This document shows, piece by piece, positions 1 through 9,265 of a stretch of DNA of 64,000 bases. Origin of the DNA: an uncultured delta proteobacterium (GTDB taxonomy: Bacteria > Myxococcota_A > Polyangia > Polyangiales > Polyangiaceae); the NCBI GenBank assembly GCA_963716725.1, contig CAVQUB010000015.1, forward strand, positions 160,001-224,000, read 5' to 3'. Under the pieces are notes generated by a model. That model was not told the origin of the DNA, made no database searches, and worked only from the letters and a program-made list of their open reading frames with translations. Every line of letters starts with the position of its first letter. Position 1 is the first letter of the stretch. The position numbers and the translations under genes are program-made.

Positions 1-1188
1 TCCGTCGACCTCGTGGCGTTCTTCATCCTGCGCGGCATCACCGACGACACGATGACCGACGACGACTCCGAGCTTGCGCTGATCCCGTTTCCGGTCGAGG
101 AGCTTTTTACCGAGCATTTGCCCAGCTTCGACGCCATCGTGCTGCAGGACATCGACGCGGTGGTCTACAAGCTCGATCGGCACTTGCCGGCGCTCGCGAA
201 GTACGTCGAGGGTGGTGGCGGGCTGATCATGGTCGGTGGTCCGTCATCGTTTGCCGGCGGCAACTACGCCGGCACGGCGCTCGAGCGCGTGCTCCCGGTG
301 GAGATCGACGAGAAGACCGATCCCTACGACTCTGCCGAGTTCGCACCCCGCTTCACGGAGGTCGGCCGATCGGCTCCGGTGCTGGCCGCGCTCTTCGATC
401 TGCTCGGCGAAGACCTGCCGACGATGACCGGATCGAATACCCTCGGACAGCCCCGGGGTTCGTCCTTCGTCCTGATGGAGCACCCGCGCCGCAAGGTCGG
501 CGCCGCAGCGATGCCGGTGCTCGCGCTCGGTGAGGCCGGCGACGGTCGAAGCATCGCGCTGGGCGTCGACGGCAGCTACCGCTTGGCGTGGAGCGAGCGC
601 GCCGCGGGCGTGGCCGGACGAGCGTTTGGTGCGCTTTGGGACGGCCTGCTCGGCTGGCTCATGCGCGATCCTCGCTTCGAGGTGGCCCGTGCCGAGATCG
701 TCGGTGAGTGTGTCAGCGACGAGGACACCACGCTGCGCTTGCACCGGCTGCCGGGGGCCACCGGCGAGGTGGAGGTTACGGTGGAGCGGTTGGGCAAGGC
801 CGAGAAGAAAGCCGTGGAGAAGAAGCTGCCGAGCCCGCCCGCGGGTCCCGTCGACGTCCCGCTCGGCAAGCTCGAGCCCGGGGGCTATGTGGCGCGCGTG
901 AAGGTCGGGCAGGCGCCGCCCGCGCGGCTTGATTTTGCCTGTGAGAAGGGTGGGGAGGCGTTCTCCGACGCGCGTCCGGACGGCGCTCGCCTCGAGCGGA
1001 TCAGCGCGGTCACCGGGGGCAAGTCGGTGAGAGCCGGCGGGGAGGGCGAGCTGCCCTCGCCGGCGTCCACCAGGATCGCGGCCGAGCGCCACGTGACCCC
1101 AATCTTGCCGCCCTGGGGATGGACGCTGATCGCCGCGGCGTTCTTGGGAGCGCACTGGCTCGTGCGGCGGCGAGGCGGCCTGACCTAG
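1..1188 (+). CDS. Glutamine amidotransferase-like (GATase1-like/DUF1355) domain membrane protein, 5'-partial
   Basis: Frame open from base 1. Motifs DLVAFFILR, LIPFPVEELF and YVEGGGGLIMVGGPSSF; C-terminal hydrophobic helix followed by WLVRRRGGL. Confidence 0.7.
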   Translation, partial: SVDLVAFFILRGITDDTMTDDDSELALIPFPVEELFTEHLPSFDAIVLQDIDAVVYKLDRHLPALAKYVEGGGGLIMVGGPSSFAGGNYAGTALERVLPVEIDEKTDPYDSAEFAPRFTEVGRSAPVLAALFDLLGEDLPTMTGSNTLGQPRGSSFVLMEHPRRKVGAAAMPVLALGEAGDGRSIALGVDGSYRLAWSERAAGVAGRAFGALWDGLLGWLMRDPRFEVARAEIVGECVSDEDTTLRLHRLPGATGEVEVTVERLGKAEKKAVEKKLPSPPAGPVDVPLGKLEPGGYVARVKVGQAPPARLDFACEKGGEAFSDARPDGARLERISAVTGGKSVRAGGEGELPSPASTRIAAERHVTPILPPWGWTLIAAAFLGAHWLVRRRGGLT

Positions 1189-1206
1189 GGCGCGCCGTCG
1201 GTAGAG

Positions 1207-2521
1207 TCAGTCGTAGTACTCGTGACCCAAGTGCGTGATTGCGCCCTCGCCGCGCATCCAGCGCAGGGTGTTCTTCAGCTTCATGAGTTGAATGAACAGG
1301 TCGTGCTCGGGGTCGAGCCCTGGCGCCGAGGTCGGGCTCTTCCAGTAGAAGCTCAGCCACTCCTGCACTCCGTGGAAGCCCGAGCGCTTCGCCAGGTCCA
1401 TGAAGAGCGCGAGGTCGAGCACGATGGGCGCTGCCAGGATCGAGTCGCGGCACAGGAAGTCCACCTTGATCTGCATCGGGTAGCCCAGCCAGCCGAAGAT
1501 ATCGAGGTTGTCCCAGCCCTCTTTCGAGTCGCCGCGGGGAGGGTAGTAGTTGATGCGCACGACGTGGTGAACCTCGCCGTACAGCTTCGGGTACACCTTC
1601 GGTTGCAGGATGGTGTCGAGCACGCCGAGCTTGCTGACCTCTTTGGTCTTGAAGTTCTCTGGGTCGTCGAGCACCTCGCCGTCCCGGTTGCCGAGGATGT
1701 TGGTGGAGAACCAGCCGTTCAAGCCCAGCATGCGAGCCTTGAGCCCCGGCGCCAGGATCGTCTTCATCAGGGTCTGCCCGGTCTTGAAGTCCTTGCCGGC
1801 GAGGGGAGTCTGGGTCTCGCGCGCCAGATCGAAGGCGGCCGGGAAGTCGACGGTCAGATTGGGGGCGCCGTTGGCGAAGGGAACGCCTTCTTTGAGGCAC
1901 GCCCAGGCGTAGATCTGCGAGTTGGAAATTGACGCGTCGTTGGCCAACAGGCCCTGCTCGAAGGCCGCGATCGACTGGTGCACCGCGGTCTGCTCGATAT
2001 AGATCTCGGTCGACCCGCACCACACCGTGACCACGCGACTACAGCCGCTGGTCTTGATGAACGCGCGGATGTCGTCCCGGATCTTCTCGACCATTTCCGC
2101 TTTGGTGGCGCCGGTCTTGATGTGGGTGCCGTGTAGCCGCTTGACGTACTCCGGGTAGAACACGCCCGGCATGGGCACGATCGCCTCGAGCTCGCCCCGG
2201 ATCGGATCGAGGTGCCTGCTCTCGAGCACCTTGGCGTGAGCGGCCGACTCGTAGGCGTTGTCCGGGAAGATGTCCCAGCCGCCGAAGACCAGATCGTCGA
2301 GCCCGGCCAGCGGCACGAAGTCCTTGATCGCCGGGGATCGATTGTCCGTGCGCTTGCCCAGCCGAATCGTGCCGAGCTGCGTGAGCGAGCCGACGGGATG
2401 CCCCGAGGCCCTTGCGCGCGAGCAGGCAGCCCGCGATGAACGTCGTCGCGACGGCGCCCAAACCCGGCAGGAGCACGCCGAGTTTTCCTTCGGCCTTCTC
2501 GATCTGTTGCGGCTGCTTCAT
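1207..2521 (-). CDS. ino1: myo-inositol-1-phosphate synthase, with one frameshift near 2401-2404
   Basis: N-terminus MKQPQQ..LLPGLGAVATTFIAG (Rossmann) is in one frame. HPVGSLTQLGTIRLGKRT..DLVFGGWD..GKDFKTGQT..NILGNRDG..RDSILAAP is in another. Removing one base from the CCCC run at 2401-2404 joins them. Confidence 0.9.
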
Positions 2522-2571
2522 GGCGACGGTGACTAGCAAGGCGCGTGCCCGTATGCAATCGTCGCGCTCAC

Positions 2572-3291
2572 ATGAGCGAGACACGAACTGCCGTGTTGTT
2601 GGTCGCAGGCATCGGATCGCGGCTGCGTCCGCTCACCGACGACCGACCGAAGGCGCTGATGGACATCGGCGGCGAGACCATCCTGGGTCGGGCGCTGCGG
2701 ATCCTGGGACAGCACGGGGTCGAGCGGATCGTGCTCGCGACGGGCTACCGTGAAGACGCAGTGCGAGCCGCGCTGGCGGCGTGTGCCCTCGAGGTCGTCA
2801 TCTGTCGCAACGACCGCTTCGACTCGACGCAGAACGCCGTATCGCTCGCCCTCTGCGCCGACGCGCTCGCGGGTCGAGGGTTCTTCAAGCTCGACGGCGA
2901 TGTGGTGTTTTGCCCCGAAGTTTTGGCCCGACTCGACGCCTGCGCCGGGCCCCTCGCGGTCGCCGTGGACGGCACGCGGCGCACCGACGCCGAGGGCATG
3001 AAGTACCGGCTCGGCCAGGGCGACAGCATCGAGGCTTTCGGAAAGGCGCTGTCCCTCGACTGTGCCGCCGGCGAGACCATCGGGATCGAGCGCATCACGA
3101 GTGAGGTCGGTGCTTCGCTCTTCGAAGCGCTCTCGCGCCCAGAGCACGCGGGGCTCTACTACGAGGACGTCTACTCGCTGCTGATCGCGGCGGGGGAGCT
3201 GTCGGCTCGGGCGGTCGAGGTCGGGGACCTGCCCTGGACCGAGGTCGACGATCCCGCCGACCTCGCGCGGGCCCGCAGCCTGTTCGGCTGA
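2572..3291 (+). CDS. Phosphocholine cytidylyltransferase (LicC/PntC)-family nucleotidyltransferase
   Basis: LLVAGIGSRLRPLTDDRPKAL, DGDVVF, EGMK, GETIGI, YYED and WTEVDDPADL motifs. Confidence 0.8.
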   Translation: MSETRTAVLLVAGIGSRLRPLTDDRPKALMDIGGETILGRALRILGQHGVERIVLATGYREDAVRAALAACALEVVICRNDRFDSTQNAVSLALCADALAGRGFFKLDGDVVFCPEVLARLDACAGPLAVAVDGTRRTDAEGMKYRLGQGDSIEAFGKALSLDCAAGETIGIERITSEVGASLFEALSRPEHAGLYYEDVYSLLIAAGELSARAVEVGDLPWTEVDDPADLARARSLFG

Positions 3292-3480
3292 GTGACCTCG
3301 ACGAGGCCGGGGCGTGCCGCTTTCCGCGACCCAGGAGTCACGGGGTGTTGCTGGGATGCGGCAGGTGCCCGTGAGGCCCCGTTCACTGCGGTGGGCGGTT
3401 CGCGTGCGATCCTGGCGCATTCGCCCCTTGGGTCCGGCGCCACCCGCCCCCACTGCGTAGCGAATGACGCAGCGCGGGGC

Positions 3481-3496
3481 TGGCATCTCGATTGCT
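3481..3496 (+). promoter_or_regulatory. sigma54 (-24/-12) promoter
   Basis: TGGCATCTCGATTGCT matches TGGCAC-N5-TTGCW with one mismatch and exact GG-N10-GC spacing. It lies in a 450-bp intergenic gap, oriented toward the 3741 gene. Confidence 0.65.
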
Positions 3497-3740
3497 CAAG
3501 GAGGAAGCAGCCGAAGAGAGAAGCCCGAAACACCGCGGTCTCACCGCTTGGTCGCGCGGAACCGAGCTCGAAACCCTGGCGCTCGACGCCGAGTCGAGTG
3601 TTGCCAATCGGCCACAGTGTGCACGCCGTGCGACAGCTGACGATCGCGTAACGTCCCAGAACCGAAAAGGAATTGCCCGATTTGCGCACCGCGTGGTACT
3701 CCCCGCGCGCTTAGCCTCGAGTTGAAAGCGAGACCCCCTG

Positions 3741-5654
3741 ATGACTGACCGACGAGTGACCCGAGCCATCATCCTGGCAGCCGGTACCGGCACGCGCCTG
3801 GGTGAGGGCGGCGATCCGACGCCGAAGCCGCTGCGCGCGGTGGCTCAGGTCCCGCTGCTGGTGCGGGTGTTGCGTACGTTGGAGGCCGCGGGCATTCGCG
3901 AGGCCGTCGTCATCATCGGGCACCAGGGCGAGGCCGTGCGGACCGCGCTGGTCGCCGAGCCGAGCCTGGGCCTCGAGCTCAGCTTCGTGAACAACGAGCG
4001 CTACCTGGCGAAGAACGGCGTGTCCTTGCTCGCCGCGGCCGACTTCGTCGACCGCGAGTGCCTGCTGACGATGTCGGACCACTTGTACTCGCCCGAGCTC
4101 GTGCGCCGCCTGCTGGCCGTCGATGTTCCCCCGGGCGCCGGCGCCCTCGGCGTCGACTACGACATCGAGCGCTGCTTCGACATCGACGACGCAACCAAGG
4201 TCGGCGTCACCGCTGGCCGGATCTCGGACATTGGCAAGGAGCTCGAGCGCTACGACGCTCTCGACACCGGAGTCTTCCGGATCGGTCCTGCGCTGATCGA
4301 AGAACTCGCTCGGCTCGACGACCAACACGGCGACTGCTCGCTGTCCGACGGCGTGCGCGCGCTGGCCAATCGTGGCGAGTTCATGGCGGTGGACGTGGGC
4401 GACGTGCGCTGGATCGACGTCGACACCGCGGCGGCGCTCGAGCGAGCCGAGGCGATGCTGCGGGTGTTCGGCGACCACCTGGGCGACGAGCCCGGCGCGG
4501 GCGCTCCCGCGGTCATCGACGCTGACGGCATGGAGCTGTTCGCCCCGAGCTGGGTGCGGGCCGCCAAGCCGTACAACGAAGACCACTTCGCCGTCGCCGA
4601 GAAGACCGGCGTCGCGCGCATGATGAGCAATGAGAGCGCCCACGCTCCGAGCCAGCGCGTGGTCGACGCCATCGTGCACGCGGCCACGCGCGGGCACCTC
4701 TACCCGAGCGGCGGCCCGGATCTGCGGCGGAAGCTCGGAGCGCGGGAAAACCTCGGCGGCGACAACGTGCTCCTGGGCGCCGGTTCCACTGAGCTCATCG
4801 ACGTGATCATCCGGACCTTCGTCGCCGCGGGCGAAGAGGTCCTGCTCAGCGTGCCGACCTTCAGCATGTACGAAGCCCGCACCCGCGTCTGCGGCGGCAT
4901 CCCGGTCCTCGTGCCGATGAGCGAAGACCACGAGCACGACCTGATGGGCATGCTGCGTGTCGTCACCGAGCGCACGAAGGTCATCTTCTTGTGCACGCCC
5001 AACAACCCCACCGGCAACCGCATCGCCGAGGTTGATCTGCGCCGGCTCCTCCGCCTCGGTCTGCCCACCGTGATCGACGAGGCGTATTACGAGCTCGGGG
5101 AGGGCGGCTCGCTCTCGTACTTGATCCAAGAGTTCCCGAACGCGATCGTGCTCCGGACCTTCTCCAAGGCCTTTGGGCTGGCGGGCTTGCGGGTCGGCTA
5201 CGCCCTGGGTCACGGCAGCGTGATCAAGCTCCTGACCCGGGTGAAGGTGCCGTGGAACGTGCCGGCTGTGTCCATCGCGGCGGCCAGCGCGGCCTTGGAC
5301 GACATGGCCGACTTCGATGCCCGGGTCGCCGAACTCAAGACGGCGCGGGACGAGCTCGGTCGCGGGCTGTCACGCATGCCTGGAGTGGTGGCGATTCCGA
5401 GCGAAGGCAACTTCATCCTGGTCGATATCTCGCATACGCGCATGAGCGCCGATCGCATGGTGCAGGCGTTGCTCGCCGAGGGCGTGCTGATCCGCTCGTT
5501 GGGATCGCACCACGCCGAGAAGAGCTACGTGCGAGTGACGGTCGGCACCCGGGAGCAGAACGCGCGCTGCCTGGCGGCGTTCGAGCGAGTCCTGGGGCGT
5601 CGGCCGCAGCGAGATGTCGCGACACCGGTGTTCGTGGGTGGTGACGCGGAGTAG
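3741..5654 (+). CDS. Fusion of an inositol-1-phosphate cytidylyltransferase (IPCT)-like domain and a HisC/CobD-type PLP-dependent enzyme
   Basis: N-half: ILAAGTGTRLG..PKPL, MSDHLYS, DATKV, YDALDTGVF, WIDVDT. C-half: SNE, GSTELI, CTPNNPTG, DEAYYE, RTFSKAFGLAGLRVGY (PLP lysine), RVTVG. Confidence 0.85.
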   Translation: MTDRRVTRAIILAAGTGTRLGEGGDPTPKPLRAVAQVPLLVRVLRTLEAAGIREAVVIIGHQGEAVRTALVAEPSLGLELSFVNNERYLAKNGVSLLAAADFVDRECLLTMSDHLYSPELVRRLLAVDVPPGAGALGVDYDIERCFDIDDATKVGVTAGRISDIGKELERYDALDTGVFRIGPALIEELARLDDQHGDCSLSDGVRALANRGEFMAVDVGDVRWIDVDTAAALERAEAMLRVFGDHLGDEPGAGAPAVIDADGMELFAPSWVRAAKPYNEDHFAVAEKTGVARMMSNESAHAPSQRVVDAIVHAATRGHLYPSGGPDLRRKLGARENLGGDNVLLGAGSTELIDVIIRTFVAAGEEVLLSVPTFSMYEARTRVCGGIPVLVPMSEDHEHDLMGMLRVVTERTKVIFLCTPNNPTGNRIAEVDLRRLLRLGLPTVIDEAYYELGEGGSLSYLIQEFPNAIVLRTFSKAFGLAGLRVGYALGHGSVIKLLTRVKVPWNVPAVSIAAASAALDDMADFDARVAELKTARDELGRGLSRMPGVVAIPSEGNFILVDISHTRMSADRMVQALLAEGVLIRSLGSHHAEKSYVRVTVGTREQNARCLAAFERVLGRRPQRDVATPVFVGGDAE

Positions 5655-5661
5655 ATGCGCC

Positions 5662-6687
5662 ATGACGATGGGTTCAGTCGAAATTGGTGAGGAGCACCCG
5701 CTGGCGGTCGGCGGCGTCGATTCGGTGGCCGAGGCCCCCTCCGAGGGGTTCTGGGCTGGATACTGGAAGACGCTCAAGCCGCTGGCCGTCGAGGAGCCCG
5801 TGGACGTCTGGATCCACCGGCCCGTGGCCTACGTGCTGGCAAAGGCGCTCTACCCGACGCCGGTCTCGCCCAACCTGGTGACGATGATCTCCATCGTCTT
5901 CGGGGTGCTGGGCGCGAGCTGCTTCTTGGCGGATTTCCGGCACCACATGCTGCTTGGTGGCCTCGCCATCTTCGTCTCGGCGATCTTCGACTGCGCCGAC
6001 GGACAACTCGCTCGCATGCGGGGCACCTCCAGCGCGTTCGGGCGCATGCTCGACGGAGTCGCCGACCTGGTGGTGAGCGTCGCCGCCGTGGGCGGCGGCA
6101 TCTACGTGATTGCGTCGAGGTTTCAAGGGTCCACGCCGGCGCTCGTCGCCGTCCTCGCCCTCTGTGTGGCGACGGCGGTGACCGGGTCCTTCCACACCGG
6201 CATGTACGATCAGTACAAGAACGTCTACCTGCGCTTCACCAACGCGGGGTTCAAAGAGGGTGAGGACTACGAGACCGCTCGCGAGCGCTACGAGTCGCGC
6301 AGCGGCGGTTCATTCCTGGTCAACGCGATCGCTTGGCCGATCTACTTGTTCTACGTGCGAAGCCAGACCAACTACGTGCACCGCTTCGACCCGCACACCA
6401 GCGCACGGTTCGCGTTGTTTGGCCCTTACGACCCACGGCACGCCGAGATCTACCAGCGCCACGCGGGAGGGCTCATGCGCCTGTGGCGGAGCTGGTTCGG
6501 ATTCGGCTCACTGGTCTTTGGCATCGCGCTGTTTTCGGCCATCGACCTGCTCGAGGTCTACATGGTCTTCCGCCTGGTGGCGCTGAACGCGGTCTTCTAC
6601 GGCTACATGCGCCCGCGCCAGCGCGCCGCCTCGCGGGCCGCGTTCGCGGAGATGGGCCTCTCGCTGCCCGATTGCGCAAAGGCCTGA
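5662..6687 (+). CDS. CDP-alcohol phosphotransferase family membrane protein
   Basis: Signature DCADGQLAR..GRMLDGVAD (DxxDGxxAR..GxxxDxxxD), SPNLVT and several TM segments. Starts 7 bp after the upstream stop. Confidence 0.88.
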   Translation: MTMGSVEIGEEHPLAVGGVDSVAEAPSEGFWAGYWKTLKPLAVEEPVDVWIHRPVAYVLAKALYPTPVSPNLVTMISIVFGVLGASCFLADFRHHMLLGGLAIFVSAIFDCADGQLARMRGTSSAFGRMLDGVADLVVSVAAVGGGIYVIASRFQGSTPALVAVLALCVATAVTGSFHTGMYDQYKNVYLRFTNAGFKEGEDYETARERYESRSGGSFLVNAIAWPIYLFYVRSQTNYVHRFDPHTSARFALFGPYDPRHAEIYQRHAGGLMRLWRSWFGFGSLVFGIALFSAIDLLEVYMVFRLVALNAVFYGYMRPRQRAASRAAFAEMGLSLPDCAKA

Positions 6688-6720
6688 GCAAGCCCGCCAC
6701 TCTCGGGTAGACTGGCACGC

Positions 6721-9186
6721 GTGAGGCGAGTCGGTGTCCCGCTGCTATTGCTGGCGCTCGCCGCGTGGAGCGAACCCGCGCGGGCGTTCACCTGGCCGAA
6801 CGCGGCCGAGTCCATCGCGAAGCAGCTCGAGAAGGGTGATGCGAGCGCGCGCCGACGTGCGGCGCGTCGGTTGGGCGAGCTGACGCCGGCTGCGCAGAAA
6901 CGGCTGATCTTCAAGGCGCTCGCGGACGCCGACGCGGAGGTACGCCTCGCTGCCGGCGAGCTGGTGCTCGAGCGGCGCGTGCGCGGCACCGGCGAACTGG
7001 TGGTGGGTTGGCTCAATGATCCCGAGCGCCGCATCCGCTTGGCTGGGGCCGAGATCCTCGCCACCGATCCAGTGGTCCGCGCGGTGCAACCCCTCGGCCG
7101 GGTGCTCGGCGACCCCGACGCTGCGGTCCGCTCCGCTGCCGCCGCCGCGCTGGGCGCCACCGCCTCCAAAGACGCCGTCTTGCCGCTGCTGGGGCGGCTC
7201 GACGACTCGGTGCCGCAGGTCCGCACCGCCGTGGTGCGGGCCCTAGCCCGCCTCCAGGATCCCCGGGCGGTCGTGCCGTTGATAGGCAAGATCCAAGACT
7301 CGCGTCCCGCGGTGCGTCGGGCGGTCGCCCGCGCCCTTGGGGAGCTGGGGGACACGCGCGCGTCGAGCGCCCTGGTGCTCGCGCTCCGGGATGCCGACGA
7401 AGGCGTGCGCATCGCGGCGGTCGAGGCCCTGGGCGTGCTGCGGGATCCGGGTGCGATCCTCGCCATTGTTGCCATCGCCGGCAGCGAGTCGTCTCCTGCG
7501 GTGCGCGGCGCGGTCGTGCTCGCGCTTGGGCGCATCGGCACGAAAGAGGCGCTGGACACGTTGCTGGCCATGATGCAGAGCGAATCGTCGGACGAGACGT
7601 TACGGCTGCTGTACCGCTCGCTGGCCCGGGCTGGTGCGCCCGCCCGCGAGCGGCTCGAGCGTTGCCTCGCGGGGCAGCCGCCGACTCGCCTGGCGGAGAA
7701 CTGCGCGCTCTCGCTGGCCGAAACCGGGCGCACCGAGAGCGCCCGCGCAGTGACTGGGGCGCTCAAGCGCGGTGTGGTCGGCGCCATCGCCGCGCTGACG
7801 GCGCTGGAGAAGTTGGGGGATGAGAAGAGCCTCCCGACGGTGCTCGAGCATTTGGCCGACGCAAATCCGTCCGTGCGTCGCGCGGCCGTGGACGCGGCTG
7901 TGGCGCTGCTCGATCCCAAGAAGCCCGACGGGCGTGCGGTGGACCCCATCGTGCAGGCCCTGGACAAGGCACGCTCGAGCAAGGCCGAACGGGCGGCGCT
8001 GGCCCGCCTCCTGGGGCGCACGGGTTCGCCTCGGGCAGTCAAGGCCCTCTCTCCGCTGGCGGACGCAGCCGACAACGTCGAGCTCCGCATCGCCGCCATC
8101 GATGCGCTCGGGATGCTGCCCCCCGCTGGGCAGGATCGCGTGCTGCTCTCGGCCCTGGAGGCCGATGAAGCTCCGGTGCGCCTCGCCGCCGCTGCTGCCC
8201 TTCGCCGAGCGGCCTCCGGGGCTGCTGCGCGCACGCTGCTCGACCGGCTCGAGCGCTCGGCTGAGCAAGATCGCGCCGCGCTCGCGCTGGCGCTTGGAGG
8301 CGCGCTGTCTCGTGCCAAAGATCCCGCGTTGCTCACCCGTGCCTACGGACTGATGCTGGCCAGTCGCGGCGGGCAGCGCGATGCGCTGATCGAGGCCATC
8401 GGCCACTTCCCGTCCAAGGACGCCGCGGTGTCCTTGGCGGCCCACGGTCGACAAAGCGGGGACGTCGCCGATCGGGCCAAGGTCGCGGAGGCGTTGGGCT
8501 CCCGCGCGGATGGGGTCGATGCGCTCCGTGCACTCGCGGCAGACGTCGACGGATCGGTACGCGCAAACGCCGTCTGGGGGCTTGGGAGTCGAGGCGGCCG
8601 CGCTGACCAAGCGGTGCTGCTTCGAGCCCTCGAAGATCGCGACGTGGCGGTGGCAGGAAACGCAGCCGCGGCGCTGGGGCGGTGGGGCAAGCGCACCGGG
8701 GTTCGGGTCGAGAAATCCCTGTGCGAACGCCTGTCGGACTCCCGCGCCTACGTGCGCGCCAACGCGATGGGGGCCCTTCGCGTGGTGGGCGCTCGGTGTG
8801 CCCAGGACGTCGAGGAGCGCCTGCTCGTCGAGGATCGATCCGACGTCGTGCGTCGCGCGGCGGCGGTGCTCATCGCCTCGGTTGCATCCGCTGATACGAA
8901 GCGCGATCGACGACTGCTCGACACCTGCGCGGCGGAGGATACGGACAGCTCGGTGGCGGCGACCTGCGCGAACGACCCTCCGAAACCTGGGAAGCTCACG
9001 GAGCCGGTGGTCGTGTACGTCGTACCGGTGGGCGAGTCGTCGCCCATTTCGCGCGCGCCCTTCGCCTTGGTGCGCGCTGACGGCCTGATGCGGCTCGGGC
9101 TCGCCGACCGCCGCGGCGCCGTCTTCGAGAGTGACGCCCCGTCGGGGGACGTCTCACTGGCCGTGCCCGCGCCGCTCGCGCGGTGA
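6721..9186 (+). CDS. Secreted HEAT/PBS-lyase repeat protein
   Basis: Signal peptide and many LxDxDxxVRxAAxxALG repeats. Confidence 0.85.
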   Translation: MRRVGVPLLLLALAAWSEPARAFTWPNAAESIAKQLEKGDASARRRAARRLGELTPAAQKRLIFKALADADAEVRLAAGELVLERRVRGTGELVVGWLNDPERRIRLAGAEILATDPVVRAVQPLGRVLGDPDAAVRSAAAAALGATASKDAVLPLLGRLDDSVPQVRTAVVRALARLQDPRAVVPLIGKIQDSRPAVRRAVARALGELGDTRASSALVLALRDADEGVRIAAVEALGVLRDPGAILAIVAIAGSESSPAVRGAVVLALGRIGTKEALDTLLAMMQSESSDETLRLLYRSLARAGAPARERLERCLAGQPPTRLAENCALSLAETGRTESARAVTGALKRGVVGAIAALTALEKLGDEKSLPTVLEHLADANPSVRRAAVDAAVALLDPKKPDGRAVDPIVQALDKARSSKAERAALARLLGRTGSPRAVKALSPLADAADNVELRIAAIDALGMLPPAGQDRVLLSALEADEAPVRLAAAAALRRAASGAAARTLLDRLERSAEQDRAALALALGGALSRAKDPALLTRAYGLMLASRGGQRDALIEAIGHFPSKDAAVSLAAHGRQSGDVADRAKVAEALGSRADGVDALRALAADVDGSVRANAVWGLGSRGGRADQAVLLRALEDRDVAVAGNAAAALGRWGKRTGVRVEKSLCERLSDSRAYVRANAMGALRVVGARCAQDVEERLLVEDRSDVVRRAAAVLIASVASADTKRDRRLLDTCAAEDTDSSVAATCANDPPKPGKLTEPVVVYVVPVGESSPISRAPFALVRADGLMRLGLADRRGAVFESDAPSGDVSLAVPAPLAR

Positions 9187-9250
9187 AGAGCAAGCGCACG
9201 CGCCTGGACCACGGAGTCTCACTGGCCGTGCCCGCGCCGCTCGCGCGGTG
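9151..9250 (+). repeat. Exact 35-bp direct repeat (9151-9185 and 9216-9250) duplicating the 3' end of the HEAT gene
   Basis: GTCTCACTGGCCGTGCCCGCGCCGCTCGCGCGGTG occurs twice, separated by 30 bp. Confidence 0.92.
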
Positions 9251-9265
9251 GAGGCCACGGTCAGG

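Noticed and set aside
3495..3515. SRP RNA, suggested by GGAAGCAGCC
   Set aside because: The required upstream CAGG-CC-GNRA half and the long enclosing helix are missing.
9151..9250. Mini-CRISPR array (35-bp repeat with a 30-bp spacer)
   Set aside because: Only two copies, the first is coding sequence, and there is no leader or cas gene in the window.
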